Source: an uncultured bacterium (GTDB taxonomy: Bacteria; Omnitrophota; Omnitrophia; Omnitrophales; Aquincolibacteriaceae). Taken from it: a DNA stretch of 64,000 nucleotides. The stretch is from NCBI GenBank assembly GCA_964562525.1, contig CAZLTL010000009.1, positions 11,352 to 75,351 of the forward strand. Direction: 5' to 3'. Positions 62,420 to 64,000 of this stretch are shown here, in pieces (within the stretch, counting starts at the first letter, position 1; each line of letters opens with the position of its first letter). Position numbers and translations under genes: made by a program. A model generated the notes under the pieces. That model saw only the letters and a list, made by a program, of their open reading frames with translations, was not told the DNA's origin and searched no databases.

Positions 62420-62421
62420 TT

Positions 62422-62778
62422 ATGCTAAATGATTATCTCGGAATTCTATTTACAGTCGTGATTGCGGCAGGTTTGTCGGGCGTTTTTATTGTGCTCGCAA
62501 CTATTTTGGGGCCCAAAAAACCAAACGCGGTGAAGAATCAGCCTTTTGAATGTGGGCAAGCCCCTTTTGAAAGTCCGTCGGGACGCCACGCGGTGAAATT
62601 TTATTTAGCGGGCATGCTTTTTGTTTTATTTGATGTGGAAATTATTTTTCTTTTTCCATGGGCAGTGATCGCTAAAGATTTGGGAGCCCAGGGTTTTTGG
62701 GCCATGATGATTTTTCTCGGGCTTTTTCTTTTGGGCGACGCGTATGCGTGGAGAAAAGGGGCGTTTGAGTTTAAATAA
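62422..62778 (+). CDS. nuoA: NADH-quinone oxidoreductase subunit A
   Basis: 118 aa, 3 TM, 'QPFECGQAPFESPSGRHAVKFYLAGMLFVLFDVEIIFLFPWA'. Confidence 0.85.
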   Translation: MLNDYLGILFTVVIAAGLSGVFIVLATILGPKKPNAVKNQPFECGQAPFESPSGRHAVKFYLAGMLFVLFDVEIIFLFPWAVIAKDLGAQGFWAMMIFLGLFLLGDAYAWRKGAFEFK

Positions 62779-62941
62779 TTTTTAAATCTTCTTCTCTGCT
62801 CAGACAACTGCGTCCTAACGGCGCAGAACTCGCAGCCGAAGAATAATTTAAAAATTATTTCAAAACAGGCAAAATCAAAAGCCCTTCGGTGAGATGGCTG
62901 GAAACGGTGTCGAGTGAGACTCGACCGATTGAAATATTAGG

Positions 62942-63421
62942 ATGAATATGGAAACAGTACCTCAAGCAAATACAGGGTTCGTGACTTCGAAGCTCGAAGA
63001 GATGATCGGCTGGGCGCGCAAATTTTCTATTTTCCAATATCCGTTTGTCACGGCTTGCTGCGGCATGGAATACATGTCGACGGCTTGCGCACATTACGAT
63101 GTGGATCGCTTCGGTGCCGGATTGCCGCGTTTTTCTCCGCGCCAATCGGATGTGCTTTTTGTGGTGGGAACCATTTCGCATAAGATTGCGCCGGTGCTCA
63201 AACAAATTTACGATCAAATGGCGGATCCGAAATGGGTTGTCGCTTTCGGTGTTTGTACATGCACGGGCGGTTTTTATGATAACTACTCGACCGTGCAGGG
63301 AATCGATACGATTATTCCCGTGGATGTTTATATTCCGGGTTGTCCGCCGCGCCCTGAAAATGTGCTCGATGGACTTATGAAGCTGCAGGAAAAAATGCAG
63401 CAGCAAAAACAACCGATCTGA
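62942..63421 (+). CDS. nuoB: NADH-quinone oxidoreductase subunit B
   Basis: '[12 protein letters not shown]', '[35 protein letters not shown]', 'IPGCPPRPE', the N2 cluster cysteines. Confidence 0.85.
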   Translation: MNMETVPQANTGFVTSKLEEMIGWARKFSIFQYPFVTACCGMEYMSTACAHYDVDRFGAGLPRFSPRQSDVLFVVGTISHKIAPVLKQIYDQMADPKWVVAFGVCTCTGGFYDNYSTVQGIDTIIPVDVYIPGCPPRPENVLDGLMKLQEKMQQQKQPI

Positions 63422-63468
63422 GTGTTTTTGCTCTGGGCTGCGCCCAACCGCGCATGTATAAATAAAAT

Positions 63469-63975
63469 TTGGAAACAGTAAACGAAATGATTGAATTACA
63501 CTTAAAACTCAAAGAAAAGTTCGGCGATGACGTTCTCGGCGTGCACAATCAGCATGGCGATGAAACTATTGTCATTAAGCCCTCTGCGTTAATTGCGATC
63601 GCGCAGTTTTTGCGAGATGACGCGGAATACGATATGAACTTTCTCATGGATTTGACCGCAGTGGACGGATTGAAGCTGGGTTGGAATCCGCGTTTTCAGG
63701 TGGTTTATCATTTCTTTTCTTTAAAGCATGGCCATCGTTTGCGCATTAAAGTTCCCGCGGCGGACGGCGGATCCGTTCCATCGCTAACCGGTTTATGGGC
63801 AATTGCGAATTGGTTTGAGCGCGAATGCTGGGATTTGCTTGGAGTTAAATTTGAAGGACATCCGAACTTGAAGCGCATTTTGATGTATGAAGAATTTGTC
63901 GGGCATCCTTTGCGTAAAGATTATCCGATTAATAAAAGACAGCCTTTGATTGGGCCCGGAGCGGTCAGAAAATGA
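63469..63975 (+). CDS. nuoC: NADH-quinone oxidoreductase subunit C (30-kDa subunit)
   Basis: 'WAIANWFERECWDLLGVKFEGHPNLKRILMYEEFVGHPLRKDYP'. Separate from nuoD, not the fused nuoCD of Gammaproteobacteria. Confidence 0.8.
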   Translation: METVNEMIELHLKLKEKFGDDVLGVHNQHGDETIVIKPSALIAIAQFLRDDAEYDMNFLMDLTAVDGLKLGWNPRFQVVYHFFSLKHGHRLRIKVPAADGGSVPSLTGLWAIANWFERECWDLLGVKFEGHPNLKRILMYEEFVGHPLRKDYPINKRQPLIGPGAVRK

Positions 63976-64000
63976 GCGAGCTCGCCACCGAAAAAAATAT
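63972..64000 (+). CDS. nuoD: NADH-quinone oxidoreductase subunit D, 5' fragment only (ATGA overlap with nuoC)
   Basis: The ATG at 63972 overlaps the nuoC TGA (MSELATEKN...). Identity is inferred from gene order only. Confidence 0.4.

Noticed and set aside
62855-63412. 185-aa minus-strand ORF antisense to nuoB.
   Set aside because: nuoB on the + strand carries all the N2-cluster cysteine motifs. The antisense frame is a shadow ORF.
1-64000. Looked for CRISPR arrays, transposase/integrase genes, prophage blocks, rRNA and tRNA genes.
   Set aside because: No regularly spaced direct repeats with unique spacers and no recognisable transposase, integrase or phage structural genes. No rRNA-like stretch. 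The intergenic spaces are accounted for by palindromic repeats and promoters, and I saw no cloverleaf-like tRNA candidate (not exhaustively computed).

Overview
This 64-kb window comes from a Gram-negative (diderm-type) bacterium. The right half carries housekeeping genes: a TolC-like/RND efflux pair, a periplasmic gamma-glutamyltranspeptidase, a split transketolase, thyA, folA and nuoA-B-C-(D). The left 34 kb is unusual and consists of three very large genes. On the minus strand there is a 3'-truncated secreted protein gene of at least 1054 aa (<1..3164), which the ORF track does not list because it runs off the window edge, and a 3237-aa secreted giant (3390..13103). Divergently transcribed from a very AT-rich 250-bp control region is a 6901-aa gene (13353..34058). 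Reading its sequence, it appears to be a signal-peptide-bearing, membrane-hairpin-anchored multi-enzyme protein. It carries recognisable motifs of two glycosyltransferases (GT-A type and glycogen-synthase-like GT5), a PIG-L/LmbE-type deacetylase, an APH-like kinase, a PPP-type metallophosphatase, a receiver-like domain and two PEP-synthase/PPDK-like (glucan,water-dikinase-like) phosphotransfer modules. I propose this trio as a previously undescribed exported glycan-synthesis, phosphorylation and surface system. A shared direct-repeat motif (AATGCTAT-N4-TGCTATA) sits about 95 bp upstream of both secreted-protein genes. The housekeeping half is peppered with at least four families of small palindromic repeats. 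One of them (~120 nt, four copies, all on the + strand, each beginning within 0-2 nt of a stop codon) shows compensatory stem changes and looks like a structured RNA or 3'-UTR element rather than a simple selfish repeat. No CRISPR array, transposase, rRNA or obvious tRNA was seen. Coordinates I derived by hand may be off by 1-2 nt.
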